Assembly (NCBI GenBank): GCA_913775595.1
Contig: CAJYLB010000001.1
Span: 558,001-622,000, forward strand
Source of the DNA: an uncultured Aquiluna sp.
GTDB taxonomy: Bacteria > Actinomycetota > Actinomycetes > Actinomycetales > Microbacteriaceae
Length of the DNA: 64,000 nucleotides
Direction of reading: 5' to 3'
Shown here: positions 29,302 through 41,785 of the stretch, piece by piece
Layout: each line of letters opens with the position of its first letter
Position numbering within the stretch: position 1 is the first letter of the stretch
The notes under the pieces: model-generated
What the model was told of the DNA's origin: nothing
What the model saw: only the letters and a program-made list of their open reading frames with translations
Database searches by the model: none
Translations under genes and position numbers: made by a program

Positions 29302-30192
29302 CTAGCTGTCTCCTGCCAGCTGCGGATGAACCTTCGAAAGCATTAGGACTCCTGCCATTGCAACAAACCCCGCAATGATAAACCCAATGACGTCTGCAAA
29401 TTGCGCTTGCGACGCTTCTCCAAGAATGACGATTGCGATCCCAACAGCAATGGCCGGGTCAATGACCGTTAGGCCCGCAATTACAAGGTCCGGAGGGCCA
29501 GAGGCATAGGCGTTCTGTACGAACCAACCTCCTAGGAACGTTGCTCCGACCAGCGATGCTGCTGCCAGCAGGGTGAGCAGATCAAAATCCCCTTGATAGA
29601 GCCTCTGGATGACAACTTTGGCCAAAGATGCCACAAACCCGTAGAGCACACCCGCCCCCGAAATGTAGGTAAGAGGCCCTACTTGACCCCGAGTGAATGC
29701 GAAGCCAAAGGCGAACAGGGCTAAAAGCAAAAACAAAATGCCCACGACCTGGAGTAGCTTCTCGTCACTCATTTCGGCATTCACGGCGGAGGATGCCGCA
29801 AAGGTAACAAACGCCCCAACTCCCAGCATTGTCAACGCTATGGCCGTAATTGTCTTCAGATCTAGCTTTATCCCGTAGATCCTGGCGTTGAGCACTGAGG
29901 TGGCGATTAGAGCAATGGCGCCAATAGGTTGAACAACGATTAGCGGAGCTAGGGCTAGCGCTCCGAGCTGAAACAAGACAGCTAGAACCAGAAACGTTGT
30001 CCCGGTAAGCCACCTTGGCCGCTTTAGCAGATCGACAATTTGACGTATGTGGAGCGATCCGATTTTTGGTTGATCAGGGGCGTGATGTTTTGTCACAGCG
30101 TCGTTTTGAAACTGAGCACCTAGCGACAGAAAAGCAGCTCCACATATAGCGAGGAGAATTGCGAGTGCTCTTAGCAACTCAGGTGAAGACAA
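29302..30192 (-). CDS. DMT-superfamily membrane transporter
   Basis: About 9 TM segments; QL.AL..APLIVVQP.G and AGLTVIDP; coupled to the GT4 gene. Confidence 0.8.
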   Translation of the reverse strand: MSSPELLRALAILLAICGAAFLSLGAQFQNDAVTKHHAPDQPKIGSLHIRQIVDLLKRPRWLTGTTFLVLAVLFQLGALALAPLIVVQPIGAIALIATSVLNARIYGIKLDLKTITAIALTMLGVGAFVTFAASSAVNAEMSDEKLLQVVGILFLLLALFAFGFAFTRGQVGPLTYISGAGVLYGFVASLAKVVIQRLYQGDFDLLTLLAAASLVGATFLGGWFVQNAYASGPPDLVIAGLTVIDPAIAVGIAIVILGEASQAQFADVIGFIIAGFVAMAGVLMLSKVHPQLAGDS

Positions 30193-30263
30193 ACTGGAAC
30201 TCCCGTCTGCAGAGCAGCCCTACCAGCCTAAACCACCCCTGATTTTGAATGTAGATTTGGGGA

Positions 30264-30827
30264 ATGAGCATCTTGCCAATCCGAATCACTGGGGACCCGG
30301 TGCTGCACCATGCTGCTAAGCCGGTTCAAGAAATCACAGCTGAGATTCGGACACTGGTGCAGGACATGTTTGAAACCATGGATAAGGCTCCGGGGGTTGG
30401 ACTCGCGGCGCCACAGGTTGGTGTTGGACTGCGTATTTTTGTCTTTGATTACGAGGTCGAGGATGTGAGATTCCGAGATGTCGCGATAAATCCCACCCTT
30501 GAGATTGAGCCCTATGACGAGTCCGAACCAGATGAAGAACTTGAGGTAGAGGGTTGTCTTTCAATTCCTGGTGAGAGATTCCCACTCAAGCGCTCCCCCA
30601 GCGCAATTCTCAAAGCGACTGACATCACGGGAAACCACTACGAGATAACGGCCGAGGGATGGCTCGCGCGAATATTTCAACATGAATTTGACCACCTAAA
30701 TGGCACTCTTTACGCCGATAGGCTCATCTCCCCATACAGAGCAGAACTAGAAGAGGTTGTTGAAGATCTTGGCTGGGGCGTAGAGGGTCATAGCTGGATG
30801 CCAGGAGTCGACTATCTAGAGCCCTAG
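30264..30827 (+). CDS. def: Peptide deformylase
   Basis: GVGLAAPQVG, EGCLS and QHEFDHLNG motifs. Confidence 0.96.
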   Translation: MSILPIRITGDPVLHHAAKPVQEITAEIRTLVQDMFETMDKAPGVGLAAPQVGVGLRIFVFDYEVEDVRFRDVAINPTLEIEPYDESEPDEELEVEGCLSIPGERFPLKRSPSAILKATDITGNHYEITAEGWLARIFQHEFDHLNGTLYADRLISPYRAELEEVVEDLGWGVEGHSWMPGVDYLEP

Positions 30828-31115
30828 CGCTCGAAGCCCCGCGGCTACAAGCGCACCCGCAAGGACAACCAGAATATAAGGCGCCCTGATGGCCAAAAGA
30901 ACTGCAGCGACTGCAAGAGCTCCGACTCTCGCATCGAGCACAAGATCACCATCTGAGCTGAAGCCTTGAATTGCTACCAGTGCGGCAAGTAAAGAGACCG
31001 TAACCCTGTCGGCAAAACGCTTGAAATTCTCAGTTATGAATCGTTCGGGAACCAGATAACCAATCAGTTTCCAGCTGTAGACGGCAATTGAGGCCAAGAC
31101 AACGGTAAGGATCAT
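30816..31115 (-). CDS. azlD: AzlD-domain membrane protein
   Basis: Small hydrophobic protein overlapping the azlC stop; LLAAL and RAP...V patterns. Confidence 0.8.
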   Translation of the reverse strand: MILTVVLASIAVYSWKLIGYLVPERFITENFKRFADRVTVSLLAALVAIQGFSSDGDLVLDARVGALAVAAVLLAIRAPYILVVLAGALVAAGLRALGL

Positions 31116-31762
31116 TTCTTACCCCCAAGCGGCAGAAGCGCAACCGCGGCTGCGAGCAAAATCGGGACGCCGGAGGGGAGCAGAGGGGTAGTCACGAGTG
31201 CCACTGCTGCGCCGAGCAAAGCGAGCTGCCACTGGTTTCTTAGTCTTGGCCACAGCAGTCCAAGAAAGGCCGCAGCTGCAGCTGCATCCAGTCCAAATTC
31301 CTCTACTGACCCAATGAGGTTTCCAGCCAGAGCACCAATCAAGGTAGCCGTGTTCCAAAAGACAAAAACAGCAATACCTGTGGCCCAGTAGCCGACCTTT
31401 TGATCCTCAGGCTTGGGCTGAGCTGCTGAAACGGCATTCGACTCGTCGATGGTTAGCTGAGCGGTGAGAACCTTGAAGAGCCCTCTTGGGCCCAAAACGC
31501 TAGTGAGCCGAAGCGCATAGAAGGAATTCCTAATGCCCATTAGCCAGGCACTTGTGATTGCCGTGATTGGAGCTCCCCCAGCGGCTACCACTCCCACAAA
31601 GGCGAACTGAGAAGCACCCGAGAACATAAGCAGGCTCAAGAGCATCACGGACAGCACATCAAGACCTGCTGCGACGCCAATCGCGCCAAAAGAAATTCCG
31701 TAGAGACCGGTTGCGAGTCCAACTGAGATTGAGGTAGAGAGAACCGCTCGATTCATGTACAC
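31112..31762 (-). CDS. azlC: AzlC-family branched-chain amino acid exporter
   Basis: YGISFG, SLLMFSGASQFA, RN.FY, TIDES.A, FWN..T..GA and GLDAA...FL.LL; start 31762 or 31756. Confidence 0.88.
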   Translation of the reverse strand: MYMNRAVLSTSISVGLATGLYGISFGAIGVAAGLDVLSVMLLSLLMFSGASQFAFVGVVAAGGAPITAITSAWLMGIRNSFYALRLTSVLGPRGLFKVLTAQLTIDESNAVSAAQPKPEDQKVGYWATGIAVFVFWNTATLIGALAGNLIGSVEEFGLDAAAAAAFLGLLWPRLRNQWQLALLGAAVALVTTPLLPSGVPILLAAAVALLPLGGKK

Positions 31763-31775
31763 CTCTGAGATTTCG

Positions 31776-31848
<73 letters not shown>

Positions 31849-31890
31849 ATAAGCCCCAAGGGGCCTTAGAAACTGTAGCAGAAAACGCAC

Positions 31891-33705
31891 CTAGCGCATA
31901 AGTGCGCGGCGCTCTGCCTCAAGGCTTATCAGTTGCCTTTGAATTTGGTCTATCTGCTCGGTGCTCGAAGACCCTTCCAGCCTCTTGAGCGCTGCCAACA
32001 GGTCAGTCTTCTCTCGCGTGAGGGTCTGCAGCATTGCCGCATTCACAATCCCCGATGCATAGCGCTCCAGATCAGCCTCGCTGGTTACGGGAAGTGGAGC
32101 TAGAGCGAGCCTCCTGACTAAAGGCAACAACTCCTCCGAAACAGAATTTGCAAGTTCATTGGCAAAGTTCTGGCCCCCGAGGCTTTCGGGGTTGCGCAGA
32201 ATAATGTCAACAAGCTCTCGATGCTCTGACTCATTGAATCCTGCCGCCTGCATGCGTCTAAGCTGCTCAACCGAGAATGCTGAGGGCTGCTGCACCAGAA
32301 CCTGAAGAATCTGTTCCTCGTGTTTGCGCTGAGGTGAGTTTTCTTGCTTCGCAGGTTCACTCGTACGCATTGGCTCAACCCGCTCCCGCACACCTGCGTG
32401 TTTGTTTCCATTCACGAGAGCCGAGACATCCGACACCTCGAGGGATACCCAATCTGCCAGCTGACGCGTATAGCCACCACGTAGCGCTGGGTCAACAATG
32501 TCTGCCACAACAGGCGCTGCGGCTCTTGCCGCTGCCACCCTCGAATCCAGGTCCGTCAAGGGAAACTGACTGATTCGATGACGAATCACAAACTCAAACA
32601 GAGGCTTCTTGCCCTCGAGCATCTCGGTAATGGCGCTGTCCCCGCGCTCCTTTCTCAGGTCTGCCGGGTCGAGACCTTCCGGACCTGCGGCAACGAAGGT
32701 GAGCGCATTGAATTTGCTGCTGTCTCCATAGACCCTGAGTGCAGCCTTTTGTCCCGCAGCGTCGGGATCAAAGGTGAAAATCACACTCGCTGGGTCGCTG
32801 GACTGGCCGAGGAGTCTATTGATTACTCGGATGTGGTCTTCCCCAAATGCCGTGCCACAGGTGGCGACGGCAGTTTGGTGTCCGGCAAGATGGCATGCCA
32901 TTACGTCTGTGTAGCCCTCAACCACAATCACTTCGCGTCTTTTGACAATTTCCTTACGCGCAAGATCTAACCCGTAGAGCACGCCAGACTTGTGATAAAC
33001 GGGGGTCTCCGGGGTGTTTAGATACTTTGGCCCCTCATCGTCCTCATAAAGCTTTCGGGCGCCAAAGCCAAGAACCTGCTCATTCGCGTCCTTGATTGGC
33101 CACAACACTCTTCCTCGGAACCGGTCGTAACCGCCTTTGTCGCTGGGCATTGCCAGACCAACCGTGACCAGGTCCTCTAATTTGTAACCCTTGCCAGTTA
33201 GATGATCCATAAGATTGCGCCAGCCTTTGGGGGCGTAGCCGATGCCAAAAGTCTTGGCGCTAGCCGCGTCAAAACCTCTGGAGAGTAGGAACTCCCTTGC
33301 TTTCACGGCCTCCTCGGAGCCGAGTTGAGTTTGATAAAAAGCAGCAGCCAACTTGTTGAGCTCGAGAAGCTTTGAACGGTTCGAGGTCTCGGGCGCCCCC
33401 TCCTCGTAGGTGAGCTGGTAACCCACCTTTTGGGCGAGTCTTTCAACTGCATCTGTGAAGCTGATGCTCTCGATCTCCTGCAGGAACTTGTAGACATCTC
33501 CCCCAACCCCGCAGCCAAAGCAGTGATAGAAGGCAGGGTTTGCCCTGACATTGAAACTTGGCGTCTTCTCGCCATGAAAAGGGCAAAGCCCCTTGAAGCT
33601 TCCCGAGCTAGCCGGCTTCAGAGATACATAACCCCCGATTATCTCGACAATGTCGGCCCGTTCTTTCAGCTCTTCAATGTCAGAGGACTTAACGCGGGAG
33701 GCCAT
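31891..33705 (-). CDS. dnaG: DNA primase
   Basis: CPFH.EKTPSF..CFGC zinc finger, DRFRGR, KYLNTPET, VEGYTDV and FDPD.AG TOPRIM. Confidence 0.97.
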   Translation of the reverse strand: MASRVKSSDIEELKERADIVEIIGGYVSLKPASSGSFKGLCPFHGEKTPSFNVRANPAFYHCFGCGVGGDVYKFLQEIESISFTDAVERLAQKVGYQLTYEEGAPETSNRSKLLELNKLAAAFYQTQLGSEEAVKAREFLLSRGFDAASAKTFGIGYAPKGWRNLMDHLTGKGYKLEDLVTVGLAMPSDKGGYDRFRGRVLWPIKDANEQVLGFGARKLYEDDEGPKYLNTPETPVYHKSGVLYGLDLARKEIVKRREVIVVEGYTDVMACHLAGHQTAVATCGTAFGEDHIRVINRLLGQSSDPASVIFTFDPDAAGQKAALRVYGDSSKFNALTFVAAGPEGLDPADLRKERGDSAITEMLEGKKPLFEFVIRHRISQFPLTDLDSRVAAARAAAPVVADIVDPALRGGYTRQLADWVSLEVSDVSALVNGNKHAGVRERVEPMRTSEPAKQENSPQRKHEEQILQVLVQQPSAFSVEQLRRMQAAGFNESEHRELVDIILRNPESLGGQNFANELANSVSEELLPLVRRLALAPLPVTSEADLERYASGIVNAAMLQTLTREKTDLLAALKRLEGSSSTEQIDQIQRQLISLEAERRALMR

Positions 33706-33714
33706 AGTTGAATC

Positions 33715-34971
33715 TTACGAGCGCAAACTCTCATGCATCGCAACTGCGATCGGGTCAGTCAAGGACGCCACCTGATCAACGATGACCCGCTTGCGCTGCT
33801 CATCACTGTTTGCATCTCTCCACGCCTCGGCAGAAACGGAGTCAAGATGATTGCCGTTCGAGGCCAAAAGCGTCTCTGCGAGCTCAATTAAGAGGGTCCT
33901 CTGATCCTCGTAATAGCCTTGCCGATCGTCGCTTGTCATGACCTGGGAGGCAACGATGCCCTTGAGGACTGCTATTTCGCTCCTAACCTTGGAGGGGATT
34001 ATTACCCCTGCACGATATCTGGTCAAAGAGGACCTGGATGCATTTTCAAGTATGGATTCGCAGGTTCTAGACACAAACGAACCAATTAGGTCGCTGGTGA
34101 GGTTCTTGAGCTGCGCCAGTGCACGAGGGCTTCCATCAAATTCTCTTAGCCAGTAGCTCGATTGCTGGAGAAGCGCAAAGGCCTCTTCCAGCTGAACCTT
34201 GGCCAACATGCCACCTGACCACTTCCCGACCTCCTCAATCAGCGCCTCGGCCGATGCTGGGTCAGAGATTACTGCGGGGTCAATGAAGCCTTCAACGATG
34301 GCATCCTCAAAGTCGTGGACGGAGTAGGCGACATCGTCTGCAAAGTCCATGATCTGTGCTTCCACGCACTTTGCGCCATCAGGTGCATCGCGTCGCATCC
34401 ACTCAAAAACTTCAAGGTCGTCTGAGTAGACACCAAACTTGATTTGGTTTCCATACTCTGCTGCCTGGTGCAACTGCCATGGATACTTCGTGGCTGCATC
34501 CAAAGAGGCTCTGGTCAAATTCAGACCCCTAGAGACCCCGTTATCGTCGTAGATCTTGGTCTCCAGACGCGTGAGAATTCGAAAAGTTTGAGCATTGCCC
34601 TCAAAGCCACCGACATCTGCCGCCCACAGGTTCAAAGCCGCCTCGCCGTTGTGACCAAATGGGGGGTGGCCAAGATCATGCGCCAGGCAGGCCATGTCGA
34701 CCAGGTCTGGGTCCACGCCCAAGGCATTTGCAAGCTCCCTGCCGACTTGAGCAACCTCAAGAGAATGAGTTAGCCGAGTCCTTGCAAAATCTCCGGAGGA
34801 GGGCGAGAGCACCTGAGTCTTTGAGCTGAGTTTGCGAAAAGCTGCGGCATGCAGAACTCGCGCTCTATCGCGCGCAAATTCGCCCCTTCGTACCATCGAG
34901 GATTTCGGTTGCGGCACATAGCGCTCGCGGTCGAAATCGCTGTAGCCGGACTCTGTTGCTTGGCTCATCAT
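33715..34971 (-). CDS. dgt: Deoxyguanosinetriphosphate triphosphohydrolase-like (HD) protein
   Basis: RDRAR, KTQV, RTRLTHSLEV, HDLGHPPFGH, FEGNAQ and DD.AYSVHD. Confidence 0.94.
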   Translation of the reverse strand: MMSQATESGYSDFDRERYVPQPKSSMVRRGEFARDRARVLHAAAFRKLSSKTQVLSPSSGDFARTRLTHSLEVAQVGRELANALGVDPDLVDMACLAHDLGHPPFGHNGEAALNLWAADVGGFEGNAQTFRILTRLETKIYDDNGVSRGLNLTRASLDAATKYPWQLHQAAEYGNQIKFGVYSDDLEVFEWMRRDAPDGAKCVEAQIMDFADDVAYSVHDFEDAIVEGFIDPAVISDPASAEALIEEVGKWSGGMLAKVQLEEAFALLQQSSYWLREFDGSPRALAQLKNLTSDLIGSFVSRTCESILENASRSSLTRYRAGVIIPSKVRSEIAVLKGIVASQVMTSDDRQGYYEDQRTLLIELAETLLASNGNHLDSVSAEAWRDANSDEQRKRVIVDQVASLTDPIAVAMHESLRS

Positions 34972-36119
34972 CCCCCCGACACCGACAACTCTGCGAGCTC
35001 AAGCTGGGAGCGGTGGGCCTCGCTCAATTCCTGAGAGTCAAGCCAGTTTTCTGGCAGGGAGCAGCTCTTCACGCCCCCGAGCCTACCCCTGGGACCCTCA
35101 GCCTCTTCACCCGGGTATGGGGAGCCTCTGTCGAGCTCGCCCAAAAGTTCTGCGATCTCCGTTAGAGAGTTAGACATAGCCAGCTTTGCCCTAAGCTCCC
35201 CACCAACCGGGTAGCCCTTGAAGTACCAAGCGACATGTTTCCGAATGTCCCTACAGGCCCGATTCTCTTCCTCAAAGAACTCAGTCAGGAGCTCTGCGTG
35301 GCGGTAGAAGGCATCCGCCACCTCACCTAGGGTCGGCATCGCACTTTCAGTTGGTGCGCTGGCTCCCTCTAGGTAAGCGCTGATGGAGCGCTGAAGATCT
35401 CCAAATAACCAGGGGCGACCAAGGCAGCCTCTACCGACTACGACCCCATCAACTCCAGTTTGGCGCATCATTTCAACTGCATCCTCGCCACTCCAGATGT
35501 CGCCGTTTCCTAACACCTGACAATCGGGAAGTGCTTCACGAAGTTCTGCGATCGCGGACCAGTCAGCCTGACCCGAGTAGAACTGCTCGGCGGTTCGCCC
35601 ATGGAGTGCGACGGCAGCCACGCCGGCATCTCTTGCTGCCTTGCCAGCGTCAATGAATGTCAGGTGAGAATCGTCAATGCCCTTGCGCATCTTTACGGTG
35701 ACAGGAACCTCCCCGGCGGCCGATACGGCCGCGGAAACAATGGCAGAGAACAGCTCCTTCTTCCAAGGCAGAGCGGCTCCCCCGCCTTTGCGGGTCACCT
35801 TAGGCACTGGGCAGCCAAAGTTCAGGTCAATGTGGTCAGCTCTATCCTCCTCAACAAGCATCTTCACTGCACTCGAAATCGTCTTTGGATCGACACCGTA
35901 GAGCTGGATAGAGCGGATCTCTTCGGAGGGATGGTGCTGGATTAGTCGCATGGACTCTGGGGTTCGCTCAACCAAGGCACGAGAAGTAATCATCTCCGAC
36001 ACGAAGAGCCCGCCGCCGTGTTCGCGACAAAGTCTTCTAAAAGCGGTGTTTGTTATTCCTGCCATTGGTGCCAAAACAACGGGCACCTCAATGGTGTGCT
36101 TTCCGTACTTGAGGGCCAA
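34968..36119 (-). CDS. dusB: tRNA-dihydrouridine synthase B
   Basis: LAPMAG, DLNFGCPV.KV, VKMR.G, HGRT, GNGDI and GRG.LGRPW. Confidence 0.93.
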   Translation of the reverse strand: MALKYGKHTIEVPVVLAPMAGITNTAFRRLCREHGGGLFVSEMITSRALVERTPESMRLIQHHPSEEIRSIQLYGVDPKTISSAVKMLVEEDRADHIDLNFGCPVPKVTRKGGGAALPWKKELFSAIVSAAVSAAGEVPVTVKMRKGIDDSHLTFIDAGKAARDAGVAAVALHGRTAEQFYSGQADWSAIAELREALPDCQVLGNGDIWSGEDAVEMMRQTGVDGVVVGRGCLGRPWLFGDLQRSISAYLEGASAPTESAMPTLGEVADAFYRHAELLTEFFEEENRACRDIRKHVAWYFKGYPVGGELRAKLAMSNSLTEIAELLGELDRGSPYPGEEAEGPRGRLGGVKSCSLPENWLDSQELSEAHRSQLELAELSVSGG

Positions 36120-36120
36120 A

Positions 36121-37497
36121 TTAGCCTTGCAGCCTCTCGAAGAGGTAGCCAGAAACCTTCTCCAGTGGAATGCGCTCCTGGGCCATACTGTCGCGCTCGC
36201 GAATAGTTACTGCTTTGTCTTCCAGCGAGTCAAAATCAACCGTGATGCAGAAAGGGGTGCCAATCTCGTCCTGACGGCGATAACGCCTTCCAATAGCCCC
36301 CGAATCGTCATAGTCAACGTTCCAGTTCTTCCTGAGAGTAACGGCAAGCTCCTTGGCAACCGGGTTTAGCTCTTCATTTCTGCTTAGTGGTAGAACAGCC
36401 GCCTTGACGGGCGCCAGTCGGTAGTCAAGTCGGAGAACTGTTCGCTTATCCACCCCTCCCTTTGAGTTGGGAGCCTCGTCCTCGGCGTAGGCGTCAACCA
36501 AAAATGCCATTAGTGACCTAGTGAGGCCTGCTGCTGGCTCGATAACATAAGGAGTCCAACGCTTCTCCTCAACCGGATCGAAGAAGCTCAGGTCAACACC
36601 TGAGTGCTCGGAGTGGGTTCTGAGGTCGTAGTCAGTGCGATTTGCCACACCCTCGAGTTCGCCAAACTCTCCACCCTGGAAGCCAAAGCGGTATTCGATG
36701 TCTACGGTGCGCTTTGAGTAGTGCGACAGCTTCTCTTTCGGGTGCTCAAAAAGACGCAGGTTCTCAGGATCTATACCGAGATTCACGTACCAGTTGTAGC
36801 GCTCCTGGATCCAGTATTCATGCCACGTCTCGTCCTCTCCGGGCTTGACGAAGAACTCCATCTCCATCTGCTCGAATTCGCGCGTGCGGAAGATGAAATT
36901 ACCGGGGGTGATTTCGTTTCTAAAGCTCTTACCCATTTGGCCGATACCAAAAGGGGGCTTCATCCGTGCCGAGTTGAGAACGTTGTTGAAATTGACGAAG
37001 ATGCCCTGTGCGGTTTCAGGTCTGAGGTAGTGAAGGCCAGACTCATCCTCGACTGGACCAAGGGAGGTCTTGAGGAGACCATTGAAATTCTTGGGTTCTG
37101 TCCAGGTCTCTTTACCGCCACAGTTGGGGCAAGGAATCTCGCTAAGCGAGCTGGGTGTGCGACCCTTTTTTTCTTCGAAGGCCTCTTCTAAATGGTCAGC
37201 CCTAAATCGCTTGTGGCAGCTTGTGCACTCGATTAGGGGGTCGACAAATGCCTCGACATGCCCCGATGCCTCCCAGACCTTTTTGGGGAGAATGATCGAG
37301 CTGTCGAGGCCAACAACATCATCACGCGAGGAGACCATCGAGTGCCACCACTGGCGCTTTATGTTCTCTTTCAGCTCCACCCCAAGTGGCCCATAATCCC
37401 AGGCTGATCGGGAACCGCCGTAAATCTCTCCCGCCTGGAACACAAAGCCCCTGCGCTTCGCTAGCGAGATTACTGAGTCAAGTTTTTGGGATGCCAT
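36121..37497 (-). CDS. glyQS: Glycine-tRNA ligase (alpha2 type)
   Basis: [43 protein letters not shown] and [14 protein letters not shown]. Confidence 0.97.
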   Translation of the reverse strand: MASQKLDSVISLAKRRGFVFQAGEIYGGSRSAWDYGPLGVELKENIKRQWWHSMVSSRDDVVGLDSSIILPKKVWEASGHVEAFVDPLIECTSCHKRFRADHLEEAFEEKKGRTPSSLSEIPCPNCGGKETWTEPKNFNGLLKTSLGPVEDESGLHYLRPETAQGIFVNFNNVLNSARMKPPFGIGQMGKSFRNEITPGNFIFRTREFEQMEMEFFVKPGEDETWHEYWIQERYNWYVNLGIDPENLRLFEHPKEKLSHYSKRTVDIEYRFGFQGGEFGELEGVANRTDYDLRTHSEHSGVDLSFFDPVEEKRWTPYVIEPAAGLTRSLMAFLVDAYAEDEAPNSKGGVDKRTVLRLDYRLAPVKAAVLPLSRNEELNPVAKELAVTLRKNWNVDYDDSGAIGRRYRRQDEIGTPFCITVDFDSLEDKAVTIRERDSMAQERIPLEKVSGYLFERLQG

Positions 37498-37527
37498 TAG
37501 TCTCCACAGGCCGTATACGGTGAAGCC

Positions 37528-38280
37528 CTAGTTTAGCGGGCTGTCGACAGCTCCCCCGAAGCGTCGCTGACGCTCGGAGTAATCAGAGATCGCTTTCCAA
37601 AGGGTTTCGCGAGTGAAATCAGGCCATAATTCGTCCATGAACACGTACTCCGCGTAGCTTGCTTGCCAAAGCAAGAAATTGCTAGTCCTGATCTCCCCGC
37701 TGGAACGTATGAAAAGGTCGACATCCGGGATGTCTGGAAGATAAAGCTCCCTCTCAAACTTCGCCTGTGTCACCCTAAACGGGCTTTTTGCTGCAGCTGC
37801 CCTATCGACAAGTGCCTGCGCAGCATCCAAAATCTCCTGGCGCCCACCATAGTTGACAGCCATTGTCAGGGTCATGCCCTTGTTTTTAGCTGTCAATCGC
37901 TCGGCTTCCTCGAGTTCACGGATTACCGATGGCCAAAGCTTTGGGCTTCTGCCTGACCATTTGATCCTGACACCCCAGTCCATAAGGAGATCTCTACGTC
38001 TTCGCAGTACTTCCTTGTTGTAGCCCATCAAAAAGCGCACCTCCTCGGGCGAGCGCTTCCAGTTCTCAGTTGAAAACGCGTAGGCCGTCAGGTTTGAAAC
38101 CCCTGCCTCAATTGCTCCTGCGATAACCTCCAGCAAAGCGGCTTCTCCGGCTCGATGCCCCTCGGTCCGGGTGAGTCCACGCTTGTTAGCCCAGCGTCCA
38201 TTGCCGTCCATCACCACCGCAATGTGATTGGGTAGGCTCTCAAACTCCGGGGCTTTGCGCTTTGGGTCAAAAAGGATCAT
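37528..38280 (-). CDS. uppS: cis-isoprenyl diphosphate synthase (UppS family)
   Basis: [28 protein letters not shown] and [17 protein letters not shown] 38280 overlaps the recO stop. Confidence 0.93.
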   Translation of the reverse strand: MILFDPKRKAPEFESLPNHIAVVMDGNGRWANKRGLTRTEGHRAGEAALLEVIAGAIEAGVSNLTAYAFSTENWKRSPEEVRFLMGYNKEVLRRRRDLLMDWGVRIKWSGRSPKLWPSVIRELEEAERLTAKNKGMTLTMAVNYGGRQEILDAAQALVDRAAAAKSPFRVTQAKFERELYLPDIPDVDLFIRSSGEIRTSNFLLWQASYAEYVFMDELWPDFTRETLWKAISDYSERQRRFGGAVDSPLN

Positions 38281-38996
38281 GCTCGCTCCACAAAGCTCAG
38301 CGACCTCAATCCGCGCTCGAGTTGCCATTGCATGTAGCCGGCAACGACCGAACTGACTGCTTGCTTAGTTTTCACAGTCTGCTGACTGACCTTGTCCCAC
38401 TCACCCGCCATCAGGGCCTGCATGTGGGCAAGGCCTTCTCCTCCAATTTTGACCGAGCCCGCAGCAATGCACTGGGAACAGGTGACCGAACCGGTATGCA
38501 TTGAGAAACTGCTTGGCTCGCTTCCACACTGAGAGCAGCTATCTAAGAGCGGCACCCATCCGGAGAGCGCCAGCGCCCTAAGTAGATAAGAATCCAACAC
38601 CTGCGAGGGCTCAACTTCACCCTTGGCTAAAGTCCTCAGGGCTCCTACTACCAGCAGGTAGTGTCTGTCATTTGAAAGCTCTCGGGTGAGCTTCTCCGCG
38701 GCCTCAACGATCGTGGAGGCAACCGTGTAGCGAGAGTAGTCATTGACTATGTCCGCACCATAGTTTGCAATCTGCTCAGCCTGCGAGACGGTGTCTAGAT
38801 TCTTACCCTCATAGAGCTGCAAGTCACACGCCATAAACGGCTCAAGCCTTGCCCCAAACCTGCTGCTCGTCTTTCTCACTCCCTTGGCCACGGCTCGCAC
38901 CTGGCCGTGATTTCGGGTGAGTAGCGTGAGAATGCGGTCCACCTCACCCAGCTTGTGGGTTCTCAGGACAATGGCTTCGTCACGGTAGTGGGGCAC
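38277..38996 (-). CDS. recO: DNA repair protein RecO
   Basis: [19 protein letters not shown]...SRFG.RLEPF and a C4 zinc motif. Confidence 0.95.
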   Translation of the reverse strand: MPHYRDEAIVLRTHKLGEVDRILTLLTRNHGQVRAVAKGVRKTSSRFGARLEPFMACDLQLYEGKNLDTVSQAEQIANYGADIVNDYSRYTVASTIVEAAEKLTRELSNDRHYLLVVGALRTLAKGEVEPSQVLDSYLLRALALSGWVPLLDSCSQCGSEPSSFSMHTGSVTCSQCIAAGSVKIGGEGLAHMQALMAGEWDKVSQQTVKTKQAVSSVVAGYMQWQLERGLRSLSFVERA

Positions 38997-39024
38997 CTGC
39001 CAAGTATTTCAGCAGAACCGGCAA

Positions 39025-40883
<1,859 letters not shown>

Positions 40884-40903
40884 GCACCAGATTTGCGCCT
40901 TGG

Positions 40904-41785
40904 CTAGAAACCCAACTTGCCTAGCTGCTTGGGATCCTGTTGCCAATTGCTGGCGACCTTTACTTGAATTGCGAGATGGACCGGTTCTCCAAGGTGCTGC
41001 TCAATGGCCGCTCTTGCCTTCGAGCCGATCTCCTTTAGGTTTTTGCCACCCTTGCCAATAATGATTCCCTTTTGGCTGTCACGCTCAACCCAAACGCTAA
41101 GGAAGATCTTCTTTTTATCTTCCCGCAGGATTTCGTCCAAGGTCACAGCAAGCGAATGCGGTAGCTCCTCCTCAAGGCGCTCTAGCGCAGCCTCACGAAC
41201 GAGCTCACAGATGATGTCCTCATTCTCTTCCTCGGTCGACTGATCCTGCGGATAGAGCATGGGGCCCGCGGGCATCAAGCCGATCAATAGCCCAACAAGC
41301 AAATCGACCTGCTTACCGGTTAGGGCAGAGACGGGGACGATTTCTTCCCAGTCTGCAAGCTCCGATAGTTCAATCAGGTGCCTGGCAGTTTGATCTCTCC
41401 CGGCAGCATCGATTTTTGTGGCAATCGCAATCTTTTTTGCCTTTGGAAACTTTTGGATTTCCTCAACAATTCGCCTGTCACCCGGGCCGATTGCGTCCGT
41501 GACGGGAGAACAGAATGCAATGACGTCAACCGAGCCGAGGGTCTCGTCAACCACTGCGTTCAGGCGCTGACCAAGGAGCGTTCGAGGCTTGTGAATTCCT
41601 GGGGTGTCCACTAGCACTAGCTGACCCTCTTGTGTTGTGTGGATGCCACGAATTGCTTTGCGGGTGGTTTGTGGCTTGGAGCTGGTGATCGCAACCTTTG
41701 ACCCGACTATTGCATTTGTGAGAGTTGACTTTCCAACATTCGGCCGGCCGACGAAGGTAGCGAAGCCAGAGCGAAAATCACTCAT
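40904..41785 (-). CDS. era: GTPase Era
   Basis: GRPNVGKST, PQTTR, DTPG, TKID and KH-domain SQKGIIIGKGG. Confidence 0.96.
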   Translation of the reverse strand: MSDFRSGFATFVGRPNVGKSTLTNAIVGSKVAITSSKPQTTRKAIRGIHTTQEGQLVLVDTPGIHKPRTLLGQRLNAVVDETLGSVDVIAFCSPVTDAIGPGDRRIVEEIQKFPKAKKIAIATKIDAAGRDQTARHLIELSELADWEEIVPVSALTGKQVDLLVGLLIGLMPAGPMLYPQDQSTEEENEDIICELVREAALERLEEELPHSLAVTLDEILREDKKKIFLSVWVERDSQKGIIIGKGGKNLKEIGSKARAAIEQHLGEPVHLAIQVKVASNWQQDPKQLGKLGF